Below are positions 7,199-16,329 of a DNA stretch of 35,264 bases, piece by piece (position 1 is the first letter of the stretch; every line of letters starts with the position of its first letter). Source of the DNA: a virus (lineage: Duplodnaviria; Caudoviricetes). Location: the IMG/VR virus record IMGVR_UViG_3300049828_000123, positions 1-35,264 of that record. One strand, written 5' to 3'. Below the pieces are notes generated by a model, which ran no database searches, had not been told where the DNA came from, and worked only from the letters and a program-made list of their open reading frames with translations. The position numbers and the translations under genes were made by a program.

Positions 7199-7253
7199 GA
7201 TCCTCGTCGTATATAACAATAACTACAAAGAGTTCTACTATGACAATGACTGA
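7065..7253 (+). CDS. Small hypothetical protein overlapping the DUF3310 tail
   Basis: GGAG SD (7054-7057) precedes TTG7065. The product has a beta-rich IQGMLIGLEWDWDLKWFSVNLLVLKILV segment and overlaps the RNR start. Confidence 0.5.
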   Translation: MNITTNRNKPFRWPWIRVYPIQGMLIGLEWDWDLKWFSVNLLVLKILVVYNNNYKEFYYDND

Positions 7254-9105
7254 CTATCAGAAGTATATCCATCTGTCTCGCTATGCGAGGTACTTGGATG
7301 ACAAGAAGAGGCGAGAGACTTGGGAAGAAACCGTTACCCGCTATTGCGATTTCTGGAAGAATAAGTACGAGGTCTTCCCCTACGATGACATCAAGCAAGC
7401 CATCCTCAACATGGATGTAATGCCCTCTATGAGGGCCATGATGACAGCAGGGGAAGCCCTTGACAGGGACAACGTAGCAGGGTACAACTGTGCATACATC
7501 GACGTAGATCACATCAGGTCGTTCGATGAGATCATGTACATTCTTATGTGCGGTACGGGTGTGGGTTACTCAGTGGAGAGGGAATATGTCCAGAAACTAC
7601 CGGAAGTCCCAGAAGAACTTCGAAACACAGATACTACAATTATTGTTCAAGATAGCAAGATTGGGTGGGCGACCGCTCTGCGAGAACTGCTTTCGCTTCT
7701 CTACGCGGGTAAGATCCCCGCGTGGGATCTCTCCAAGGTTAGGCCAGCAGGCGCTCGCCTCAAGACTTTCGGAGGAAGAGCTAGTGGTCCGGGACCGCTG
7801 AACGAACTATTTGAATTCTCTGTCGGGTTGTTTCGGGGCGCCTTGGGGCGCCGCCTCAACCCTCTTGAAGTTTCGGATCTGGTGTGCAAGATCGCAGATG
7901 CAGTGATCGTCGGTGGTGTCAGGCGCTCGGCTTTGATCTGCCTCAGTAACCTGACAGACGAACGGCTTCGGACGGCCAAGAGTGGCAATTGGTGGGATGA
8001 CTACGGTCATCGTGCTAACGCCAACATCTCGGTTGCCTATACTGAGAAGCCAGACATCGGTATATTTATGAAGGAATGGAATGCCCTGTATGAATCAAAG
8101 TCCGGAGAGAGAGGAATATTTAACAGAGTTGGCGCTCAAGCTAAGGCAAAGATGGCAGGACGAAGAGACCCAACTCCAGCATTTGGAACTAATCCTTGTG
8201 GAGAGATTGTCCTTCGGCCTAAGGAATTCTGCAACCTATCTGAGGTTGTTGTCCGAAGTAAGGATGATGCGGAGTCACTTGAAAGAAAGGTTGCTATCGC
8301 TACCATCATCGGCACATTTCAATCGACTCTCACCGCCTTCCGATACCTTAGACCTATCTGGCGAAAGAACGTCGAGGAAGAACGCCTTCTCGGAGTTTCG
8401 CTCACCGGAATCATGGATAACGGACTTCTGGCCCGAGAGCCATCGCAAGACTTACTATTGAGGCTCAAAAATGTTGCTATCGAAACGAATAAGGTATGGG
8501 CTGAAAAGCTTGGGATCAATCCTTCTGTTGCTATTACTACCGTTAAGCCTTCTGGTACCGTATCCCAACTTGTCGACTCTGCTAGCGGTATACACCCTAG
8601 GCATAGTCATTACTATATTCGCACTGTGCGGGCTGATGCCAAAGACCCTCTCGCTTATTTCATGGAGACGGAAGGGGTGCCGGTTGAACCCGATGTCACG
8701 AAGCCAGAGTACACGCGGGTCTTCTCGTTCCCGGTGCGTGCCCCCAGTAATAGTATCACCCGCAATGACATCTCTGCACTCGCCCAACTTGAGCACTACT
8801 TGCTCTTCGCCAAGTACTGGTGCGAACACAACCCCTCAATCACCGTCTACGTGAGGGAGAACGAATGGATGGAAGTAGGGGCATGGGTATACAAGCATTT
8901 CAATGATATCGGTGGAGTCTCTTTCCTCCCATACTCAGAACATACCTATCGCCAAGCTCCTTATCAGGAGTGCAGTAAAGAGCAGTACGAAGAATTCAAG
9001 AGGCATATGCCTACCAACATTGCGTGGGACGAGTTCGTCGAACTGGAAGACCAGACTACAGGCTCTCAAGAGATTGCCTGTCTTGCTGGTGTATGTGAGA
9101 TCTAA
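7240..9105 (+). CDS. nrdJ: Class II (adenosylcobalamin-dependent) ribonucleotide reductase, monomeric RTPR type
   Basis: Motifs YNCAY, GGVRRSALI, TNPCGEI, FCNLSEV and TTVKPSGT, with a C-terminal CLAGVC redox pair. No beta-subunit gene is adjacent. Confidence 0.92.
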   Translation: MTMTDYQKYIHLSRYARYLDDKKRRETWEETVTRYCDFWKNKYEVFPYDDIKQAILNMDVMPSMRAMMTAGEALDRDNVAGYNCAYIDVDHIRSFDEIMYILMCGTGVGYSVEREYVQKLPEVPEELRNTDTTIIVQDSKIGWATALRELLSLLYAGKIPAWDLSKVRPAGARLKTFGGRASGPGPLNELFEFSVGLFRGALGRRLNPLEVSDLVCKIADAVIVGGVRRSALICLSNLTDERLRTAKSGNWWDDYGHRANANISVAYTEKPDIGIFMKEWNALYESKSGERGIFNRVGAQAKAKMAGRRDPTPAFGTNPCGEIVLRPKEFCNLSEVVVRSKDDAESLERKVAIATIIGTFQSTLTAFRYLRPIWRKNVEEERLLGVSLTGIMDNGLLAREPSQDLLLRLKNVAIETNKVWAEKLGINPSVAITTVKPSGTVSQLVDSASGIHPRHSHYYIRTVRADAKDPLAYFMETEGVPVEPDVTKPEYTRVFSFPVRAPSNSITRNDISALAQLEHYLLFAKYWCEHNPSITVYVRENEWMEVGAWVYKHFNDIGGVSFLPYSEHTYRQAPYQECSKEQYEEFKRHMPTNIAWDEFVELEDQTTGSQEIACLAGVCEI

Positions 9106-9121
9106 TAGAGGAGTATTATAG

Positions 9122-9286
9122 ATGGTAATTTATGAAGAGTGGATTGATATCAATGAACTTCTGGATATGCTGGAAGAGCAGATGAAGAATGATGATGATC
9201 ATACCAGCAGTTGGATGGACGCTCTGGACGAGCGAAGCGAGGACGCGAGCGAAGCAGCAGTCTTTGCTGCACTTCGAAGCTACTAG
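9122..9286 (+). CDS. 54-aa highly acidic protein (below the ORF-track cut-off)
   Basis: GAGGAG SD at 9108-9113. Sequence MVIYEEWIDINELLDMLEEQMKNDDDHTSSWMDALDERSEDASEAAVFAALRSY. It ends at the terminator. Confidence 0.7.
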   Translation: MVIYEEWIDINELLDMLEEQMKNDDDHTSSWMDALDERSEDASEAAVFAALRSY

Positions 9287-9287
9287 G

Positions 9288-9324
9288 AAAAGAGAAGGGC
9301 CGCCTAAGCGGCCCCTTTCTCTTC
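9288..9324. terminator. Bidirectional intrinsic terminator at the convergence of the two arms
   Basis: AAAAGAGAA-GGGCCGC-ctaa-GCGGCCC-CTTTCTCTT: a 7-bp GC stem with pyrimidine tracts on both strands. Confidence 0.85.
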
Positions 9325-9747
9325 TGCAATCTCTACTAGTTTCTTTAGGTCGTTTAGTCGATTAAGCCAACCACGGAGATACTTCCGAAAGCGGGGAGAC
9401 TCAGCTAGATTAAGATAATGCTGCTTTCTGATATCGAGGTAGTCATGGACATTCTTAGCCTTCTTCAGCCAGTGCGTAGCGCGACCTACTCCACAGTTTA
9501 CAGCGGTATCAAAGACCACTATGTTCAAGGGGTAATCCAGTTCGGAACACCCGGCCTTAGCCCAGTAGTCCTCGTAGTAAATGTAAACGGCATCGATCAT
9601 TTTAAGTTCGGGGATGTTCAGGTGGGGATAAGCCGCCTTTGAAATCCCATACTTCGTTTGACCACCCGGATCATCAGGGTCGTCAACGTACCCGCCCTCC
9701 CACTTCAGGACAAACTGAAACCCTTCTTTGAATTGGCTTAGATTCAT
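9304..9747 (-). CDS. Endolysin, glycoside hydrolase family 108
   Basis: EGGYVDDPDDPGGQTKYGIS signature, FDTAVNCGV and a C-terminal LRGWLNRL. Confidence 0.93.
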   Translation of the reverse strand: MNLSQFKEGFQFVLKWEGGYVDDPDDPGGQTKYGISKAAYPHLNIPELKMIDAVYIYYEDYWAKAGCSELDYPLNIVVFDTAVNCGVGRATHWLKKAKNVHDYLDIRKQHYLNLAESPRFRKYLRGWLNRLNDLKKLVEIAEEKGAA

Positions 9748-10031
9748 TTCTTAGGATGAGAGACAACATCTCTCCTCAGTTCACGAATCTCGGCCTTAAT
9801 CTCCTGCGTTTGTTCACGCATAGTATCCTTTAATTCCCTTGTCGTTTCTTTACTCACGAGATCTTGTTGAGCATCCCGTTCAATTTGACGAATAGTAAAT
9901 TGGTCATGATCTCTGGCAATCTGTTCTACCTTCTGGTTGAGGATAGCCCAAGACATACTGAGTGTAGCAACTACACCAATAAAGTACAACCAGTCTTTCA
10001 GGGTAAAACTTTTAAAGTCAGGCAAAGACAT
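9744..10031 (-). CDS. Single-TM coiled-coil protein (possible second holin/antiholin)
   Basis: N-terminal TM WLYFIGVVATLSMSWAIL followed by a coiled coil; overlaps the endolysin start. Confidence 0.6.
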   Translation of the reverse strand: MSLPDFKSFTLKDWLYFIGVVATLSMSWAILNQKVEQIARDHDQFTIRQIERDAQQDLVSKETTRELKDTMREQTQEIKAEIRELRRDVVSHPKK

Positions 10032-13000
10032 TATTCCTCCTCCAGTTCATCAGGGTCCGGTACAGAAACAGAAGGCGAAGATGAATCGTCTGGAGTAAGT
10101 AACATACGCTGTCTCATTTTCCACTTATCACTAGGAGACATCGAAAGAGCCGAACGCTGTATCTTAGTAAGTTTGCGCCGTTTCATTTCGTTAATTACGC
10201 GATTGAGGTATCCAGAAAAATCTGCCCCAGTTTCAGCTAGAATTTCCATTGCTCGTTGGTCTATAGCCTCATCAGACATGGCAGTAGGCAAACCTTGCAT
10301 ACTGTCTGCTCTGAGCGAGACCAGATGTGCCAACTTCTTTTTCTTCTTGGCGTCTAGCCGATCAATCTCTCGTTCAATATCTCGTGCTTTCCTCTCATCC
10401 AACGAATGTTTGCCTGTCAGCATAAGAGTAATAAAATCGCTTGGCTTTCTTTCAACTGCTCCCTCAATAGAGGTTGTCTTCAGGCCCATAGAGGTATCCC
10501 CAGAATATAAATATTCAATTAGGGGATGAACCACTGACGGAGTAATCTGTCTCATGGGTTGATAGAATTCCGTAGCAGACGGAGCGTCGATTATACCATC
10601 AGTTGCCGCTGAAAGTCCATACTTGGTACCCTTGTAGGCGATCTGGAAAAGAGCCGAAGCAAAGGGGAATAGGGGCAAGGTTCCAACGTCATCGAGGGCA
10701 ATAGCTCCCATCGAGGGAGCAAAGTTAACCCCTCCCGGGAATCCCAGAACCCTAGACACAGCAGCCGGGGTACCATAAGCAAGGATGTCAGGAATTCCTG
10801 CCTTAAGGAAAGCCACACTGGAACTGGGCCAGTCCATCTCTCCCGGGAAGGCATAATTAATCATATTCACCAAAGCGTCATACTCTCCGACGAACGGCAT
10901 ACCACCAGCACCAGCCATCAGCATAAAAGTAGCCATACTAGTCAGCATAGGCTTATAGGCTTCCATATCCTTCGGATTACGCTTAATCGCCTGAAGCATT
11001 AAGTAGAGGTTACCAAGGTATGCATTCCGGAAGACGGCAAAGGGAGAAGCGGCCTCTCCAAGCATTCCGTTATCCTGATACATCAGAGGACGGGAAGCCC
11101 TGTCGTAGTTAACCATGGTCATACCCATGGCGATACGAGCAGAATTACGAGCTACCTCAGGAGGAAGACCCTTCATCCTATAATATTCATAGGCAACCAT
11201 GTAGGTCTTCTCTCTGGCCTTCTGCTCCAGACGTTCGTTAATCCATCCACTATACTTCTTGAAAGTCTCCCGCCGATTCTCTAATCCCTCTTCACGGAAC
11301 TCAAGACTGAGCTTGGGTTCGGTAATCCCTTGGTCCCTAGCCCACTTGAGAGCAGCGGCATGTTCAGGACCCAGTTCATCAGCAGACTTGGCAATGACCT
11401 TGGCAAACGCCTTTAGAGCACCATCACTCTTCACTCCCGAATAGACATCCAAGAGTTGTAGGATGGCTATCACATGAACAGGCTGAGATACGTTAGCTAA
11501 CCAGTTGGCAGGGTTAACGTGGAGCTTCATCACACCGAGCCAGTTACGGGTACCACGCACCAGATCCTTGACCAGATTCGGATCAAGTTCTGCCTTGATC
11601 AGAAGATCCTTGACTTTATTGTCTACCCAAGAAAGATTGTTGGAATTTTTCCCTACAAAGTTCTTGCCATACTTCTCCAGATAAGCCAGAGTATTCTTGA
11701 GAGGGGGATTCTTATCATTACCATACGCCTTCTCTCCATGTCTCTCAGACGGATTGAACGTCTCTCTGGTCAGACCCATAAGAGGAGTATATACATCCTC
11801 CATGAACATCACATTCTTGTACGTCTCGGCTACTTCCCGAGCGTACCTATCGTAGACTCGACGAGCGTCGTCCGTTCCTACGGTTTCCTTCCGAAGGTGT
11901 TCTTCAGCAACCTTAGGATTCTTCTCATTGAGATAACCAGACACACCCTTCTGTTCTAGGAAGTGCTTGCTCCATTCCTTGTTCGAAGCATCTTCCAGTT
12001 TCTGGATACCGTCAGCAGCCGTAGGATCAAGCTTCAGGACTTCTTGAAGATTAAGGTGAGCTTCCATGTTGGCACGGTACGAGGACATGAGTCCTTGACT
12101 AGCATCGTCCCAATGGAAGACCCTATAAGGATTAGGATCGGAAAGATTACGAGGATTAGGGGCGATCTTATAGCCGGATGCCATGGCACCCGCAGCAAAT
12201 GCTCTAGCTGCTCGTCCATTGTTAAATCCACGGACATAGATAACCTTGTCTTCTCCATTAATATTCTTCTGGAGAAAGACCTTGTAGGCTCCTGTGTGGT
12301 AGTGCGGCATGAACCCCGGTACCCGGGTAATACCCTGCCCAGTGAGCTTCTTGGACAAGAAGTTCATGATCGTGTAAAGGAAGTCTACACCCTTACCAAG
12401 CTGAAGATAGGCGGTTACTTCTTCCGGAGTCAAGCCCTTAGCCTTGAGCATTTCTTCAGTAGGCCAGAGAAGATTCTTATCAGTAAGTTCCTTACGACCC
12501 TTCAGGGTATCGAAATCTGCCACAACCTTCATGACATTATCTTTACCCTTCTTCTTTAGTTCATAAAAACCCTTAGCTTCATTCTCTTTAAACTGGTGGT
12601 AGATCTTGTCGCCCTCGTGGGCCATGATCATACCTTTAGTAGTAATAAAGTTTACAAGGCGAGAGCCAAAGCCAGCGCCTGAGGTAACAAGGCGAATAGC
12701 CAAAGGGTTAAGGTAGTTCCGACCAAAAATGCCAAGATTGATATCCTCACGAACCGCATCTTTTCCCTCCATCCTCATAAATTCAGTAGCTGACATATCA
12801 GTTAAAGTCAGAAGCTTCTCACGAGCAGACATCTTGGCATCAAAACCCAATTCAGCCCTCAAAGTCTCCTTATAGAAATCCTTCCTATCCCAGATATTCG
12901 TAGCGTTCTTTTCAATCCAATCGGCCAATGCTTTGTTCTTCGGGTCCGTCATCAGCATCTTATGAACGAACTCTTCCTTCTCATAAGAGGTTTGCAGATG

Positions 13001-15031
13001 ATCCCAAAACACACGCCAGAAGTTATTGTCCTTACCATTATTGTGTATCTGATCAGCAACATCAATTTGAATATCTTGCTTCTTTTGAATAGTATCCAGA
13101 AGAGGTTTCTTAACTCCAGAATAACCTTGCCCCTTATCATTCTTATTAAATTCACCACTTCGCATTCCACGATCCATGCCCTGATCTCGCATGGTGTATT
13201 CATACCAAGCCAGACCAACGTCGTAGAGATTGGTAGCTCTACCTTGGGTAGAACCACGGAAAGTGGAGAAGAAACGATGGGTATTAGAGGAAAGGAAATC
13301 CTTGGATGTCGGAGGAAGAAGCTTCTCTATCTCAGCCGGATGGACTTCAATCTTCTTAAGAGCTTCTTTCAGATCCCGATGGACAATCTTTTGCTTGCCA
13401 TCCTTGAAGAATTCGTAGTCTAGTTTCGGATTAAGGATCTCGGCAAAGAACTCTCGAACAGACTCGAAACCACGGAAAGGAGTACCCTTGGTAGGAAGGG
13501 TCTCCGTCATTAAGTCTTTCTTGACCAACTCCTGCATCCGAGGAAAGACCTCCTCGTAGAACTGTTTGAAAGGGGCCAACTTGGGATTTGGATTCTTGGG
13601 ATTGTCCGCAGCCATTGCCGTTTCGATGTTGGCAAGGCGATTGACAGTTCTAGCATGTCCCAGTTCATGGAGAAGAACAGCATCGAAAGCTTCCGGAGTA
13701 GGTTCCTTGCTATAGAGAACTTCTCCAGTAGTGGGATCTACTCCATCTTCCTTCATACCCTCATCAAATCTCTTACTAACTCTTACCGAATCAGGGATGG
13801 CTTCATAACGAGCACTGGTACCATACTTAATGGCTTGTTCCGGAGTAAGAGCAAGGATAGAGGTCCAATTGAGACCCTCCACAGCCGAACGCTCCAAGAG
13901 CCAAGCAGCGTAGGCTTTGGTATGGGCATCCTTGGAAGTATGAAAAATAATCTCTAGAGCTTGAGGAGCATTGTTCATCCTATTCGTAGCATCTGGATCG
14001 GTACGCAAGATCCAGTCGGTATAGGATGGATTCTCCCGGAAGAACCGTTCACGAGTCTCTTCCCAAGTCTCGTCAGCCTTATGAGCAGTCTGCCACTCAT
14101 TCAGCTTCATTGTCCGATCAATAATATCCTGCTTCTTGGCGTAATAAGCCTCTTCACCTTGAGAATTGAGCTTTGCCAGTTCATCGGCCAGTTTTGTCGA
14201 AGGACTGTTCTGCCACTTATAGCGACCATAGTAACCGAACCCAAGACCGGTAGCAGTCTCAGTAATCCGGTTAGCGAAGTATCTTTTATTGAGAGAGCCA
14301 TCAGGATTATGCATAACATAAGGACTGACGCTCTCTTCGTTGGTACCAGCACTAGCTGTCAGAGCATCGGCAGCAGCCCCGAGTACAGTATTGGAACCAA
14401 TAGCAAGACCGGCTGTTCCGGCCACGGACTTAGCCATGCCGGGAATCTTCAGGCCGAGGAACGTAGCAGCGGCTTGAGGCACAGCCATGTTAAGGGCCGT
14501 AAGTGCCCCTTCCCCGGCTTGTACGGCGTCTCCAGCAGTTCCAGATAGGGCACCTATACCAGCCACTACTGCGGCCGGTGCGCCGCCCGCTAGCAGGGCT
14601 GGCAAGCCTCCTACGCCTTCTGCCACCATGCTTCCCATGCCTTGGCTCTTACGCTCCTTGGGATCGATCAAGGCACTACCAATAGTTTCCTTGACAACAT
14701 CTCCACGCCTGAAGATCTCATCTCCAACACCCATAATGGTTTCATAATCTATAAGATCACCGGCACCACGAACGAGACCACCACCAAGCTTGGTAACCAA
14801 GTCGGCAGGCATACCAATAGCAGTATTGAGAAGACCCTGAGCAGCAGAACGCCAGAGACCGGGACTCTCGCCTTCCTCTTCTACAGGCTTATCCTGATAG
14901 GCAAGCCAAGGCTCTTCCTGTTTCGGTTTTACCGGTTCAGGTTCTGGAGTCGAAGTATACTTTGCCCAAGGTCCATCCTCCTCTTGTACTGGAGGTTCGG
15001 TTCCTTGATAATTTTCCCAAGGTCCAGACAT
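10031..15031 (-). CDS. Large internal virion/ejection protein (1666 aa) with a zincin-like HExxH motif
   Basis: It is the last large gene of the tail module. It has N-terminal PWxxY repeats, a Gly/Ala-rich hydrophobic region, VLLHELGH followed by EFFAE, and a mostly helical composition. Confidence 0.75.
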   Translation of the reverse strand: MSGPWENYQGTEPPVQEEDGPWAKYTSTPEPEPVKPKQEEPWLAYQDKPVEEEGESPGLWRSAAQGLLNTAIGMPADLVTKLGGGLVRGAGDLIDYETIMGVGDEIFRRGDVVKETIGSALIDPKERKSQGMGSMVAEGVGGLPALLAGGAPAAVVAGIGALSGTAGDAVQAGEGALTALNMAVPQAAATFLGLKIPGMAKSVAGTAGLAIGSNTVLGAAADALTASAGTNEESVSPYVMHNPDGSLNKRYFANRITETATGLGFGYYGRYKWQNSPSTKLADELAKLNSQGEEAYYAKKQDIIDRTMKLNEWQTAHKADETWEETRERFFRENPSYTDWILRTDPDATNRMNNAPQALEIIFHTSKDAHTKAYAAWLLERSAVEGLNWTSILALTPEQAIKYGTSARYEAIPDSVRVSKRFDEGMKEDGVDPTTGEVLYSKEPTPEAFDAVLLHELGHARTVNRLANIETAMAADNPKNPNPKLAPFKQFYEEVFPRMQELVKKDLMTETLPTKGTPFRGFESVREFFAEILNPKLDYEFFKDGKQKIVHRDLKEALKKIEVHPAEIEKLLPPTSKDFLSSNTHRFFSTFRGSTQGRATNLYDVGLAWYEYTMRDQGMDRGMRSGEFNKNDKGQGYSGVKKPLLDTIQKKQDIQIDVADQIHNNGKDNNFWRVFWDHLQTSYEKEEFVHKMLMTDPKNKALADWIEKNATNIWDRKDFYKETLRAELGFDAKMSAREKLLTLTDMSATEFMRMEGKDAVREDINLGIFGRNYLNPLAIRLVTSGAGFGSRLVNFITTKGMIMAHEGDKIYHQFKENEAKGFYELKKKGKDNVMKVVADFDTLKGRKELTDKNLLWPTEEMLKAKGLTPEEVTAYLQLGKGVDFLYTIMNFLSKKLTGQGITRVPGFMPHYHTGAYKVFLQKNINGEDKVIYVRGFNNGRAARAFAAGAMASGYKIAPNPRNLSDPNPYRVFHWDDASQGLMSSYRANMEAHLNLQEVLKLDPTAADGIQKLEDASNKEWSKHFLEQKGVSGYLNEKNPKVAEEHLRKETVGTDDARRVYDRYAREVAETYKNVMFMEDVYTPLMGLTRETFNPSERHGEKAYGNDKNPPLKNTLAYLEKYGKNFVGKNSNNLSWVDNKVKDLLIKAELDPNLVKDLVRGTRNWLGVMKLHVNPANWLANVSQPVHVIAILQLLDVYSGVKSDGALKAFAKVIAKSADELGPEHAAALKWARDQGITEPKLSLEFREEGLENRRETFKKYSGWINERLEQKAREKTYMVAYEYYRMKGLPPEVARNSARIAMGMTMVNYDRASRPLMYQDNGMLGEAASPFAVFRNAYLGNLYLMLQAIKRNPKDMEAYKPMLTSMATFMLMAGAGGMPFVGEYDALVNMINYAFPGEMDWPSSSVAFLKAGIPDILAYGTPAAVSRVLGFPGGVNFAPSMGAIALDDVGTLPLFPFASALFQIAYKGTKYGLSAATDGIIDAPSATEFYQPMRQITPSVVHPLIEYLYSGDTSMGLKTTSIEGAVERKPSDFITLMLTGKHSLDERKARDIEREIDRLDAKKKKKLAHLVSLRADSMQGLPTAMSDEAIDQRAMEILAETGADFSGYLNRVINEMKRRKLTKIQRSALSMSPSDKWKMRQRMLLTPDDSSSPSVSVPDPDELEEE

Positions 15032-16329
15032 TAAACTTTTTCCCAGTTCGCTTTATTCTTGGGATCTCCACCCTTAAATTTGTAACCTCCCTCAATGGTG
15101 CCAACAGCGGGAGGCCCCTTGGTAATAGGCTTCGTCGTAGTAGGAGTGGGAGCTTCGCTCACAGGGCCACCCGGAAGATTTTCGATCTTCCTAACGGTAG
15201 CACCCGGAGGAACAGTAATACCAGTACGTTCTTTAATGGCTTTCTTAAATCCAGTATAGCCGGGGAGTCTTTCTTCGATATTAGCAGCGACCTGTTCTTT
15301 ACGAGCTTGGATTTCTTTATCAAGTTCTGCAATTCGCTTGTTCGCCACTTTACGTTGACTTTCAGATCCGTACTGGCTGAGTTGGATTTGATCAGCCTTA
15401 GCCTTTTCACGAGCCTTAATTTCCGGATCGTTTTGGACCTTGTCATCAACAAGCTTCTCAATTTGAGTACCAAAAGCCATCTTGGTAGCCATGGCAATAT
15501 CAAGTTCAGAAGGTTTAGTAGCTCCCTGTTTTCCATCCAAATAATCTTTGACCTTGTTATAAGCCGCTGCTTCTGTTTCCGACTTAGTCATAGGTTTATT
15601 ATTGTCAGATTCAACTCGGACCTTAGCCACAGCAAGATTATTAGCCCTAGCAAGACGATTCTGTTCAGCAGTATGTTCTTGTTGATCATTTTGTCTAGCC
15701 AGATCATAGTTGGCTCTAGCTCCAGTCGTAATCAGTTCTTTGTTGGTATCCAAACCACTCTGGAAGGTCTTCATATCCTTCTCTTGAATCATCTTGATCA
15801 TGGAAGGAGCAGCCTGAGATTGGGCCTGAAGCTTTTGCCAAGCCTCAATAGAATAGGTTTCAGGAAAGCCTTTAATGCCACGTTGATCCGCAATCTGCTT
15901 GGCAATAGTCCACTTTTGGGCACGAGTCTCGTCGGTATCGTCAGGAGCAAAGACAGAGGAGACAGCAACAGAGTCTTCTGCCTTTTGCAGGATCTGCTTA
16001 CGCTGTACTTCGTTGGTCTTATCCAGAAGTTCTTGCATCCGAATGTTACGTTCGGTTTCCCGAGCTTTGTTGAACTCACCAGAGGCAATATCACGTTGTT
16101 CATTCTCAGCCTTAGCCAGTTCCAAGGCACGCTTGGCAGCATCGACTGGACGATTCAGCTTGGAAGTCTCCAGTTCGTCCTGTGTCTTCTGGCGAAGAAG
16201 ATCCTCGCTAGCCAAGGCGCTGTCGCTGTGCATCAAAGAACGGGTATCCGCCATGCCACCACGGAATCCACCCATAGGGCTTTTATCGAGGATACTGATC
16301 GGTGTCATTCCAAATTGAGACATGCTCAA
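15031..16329 (-). CDS. Putative ejection (DNA transfer) protein
   Basis: Coiled-coil, Q/A/E/K-rich, with a C-terminal GYKFKGGDPKNKANWEKV of the kind found in podovirus ejection proteins. Position supports this. Confidence 0.65.
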   Translation of the reverse strand: MSMSQFGMTPISILDKSPMGGFRGGMADTRSLMHSDSALASEDLLRQKTQDELETSKLNRPVDAAKRALELAKAENEQRDIASGEFNKARETERNIRMQELLDKTNEVQRKQILQKAEDSVAVSSVFAPDDTDETRAQKWTIAKQIADQRGIKGFPETYSIEAWQKLQAQSQAAPSMIKMIQEKDMKTFQSGLDTNKELITTGARANYDLARQNDQQEHTAEQNRLARANNLAVAKVRVESDNNKPMTKSETEAAAYNKVKDYLDGKQGATKPSELDIAMATKMAFGTQIEKLVDDKVQNDPEIKAREKAKADQIQLSQYGSESQRKVANKRIAELDKEIQARKEQVAANIEERLPGYTGFKKAIKERTGITVPPGATVRKIENLPGGPVSEAPTPTTTKPITKGPPAVGTIEGGYKFKGGDPKNKANWEKV

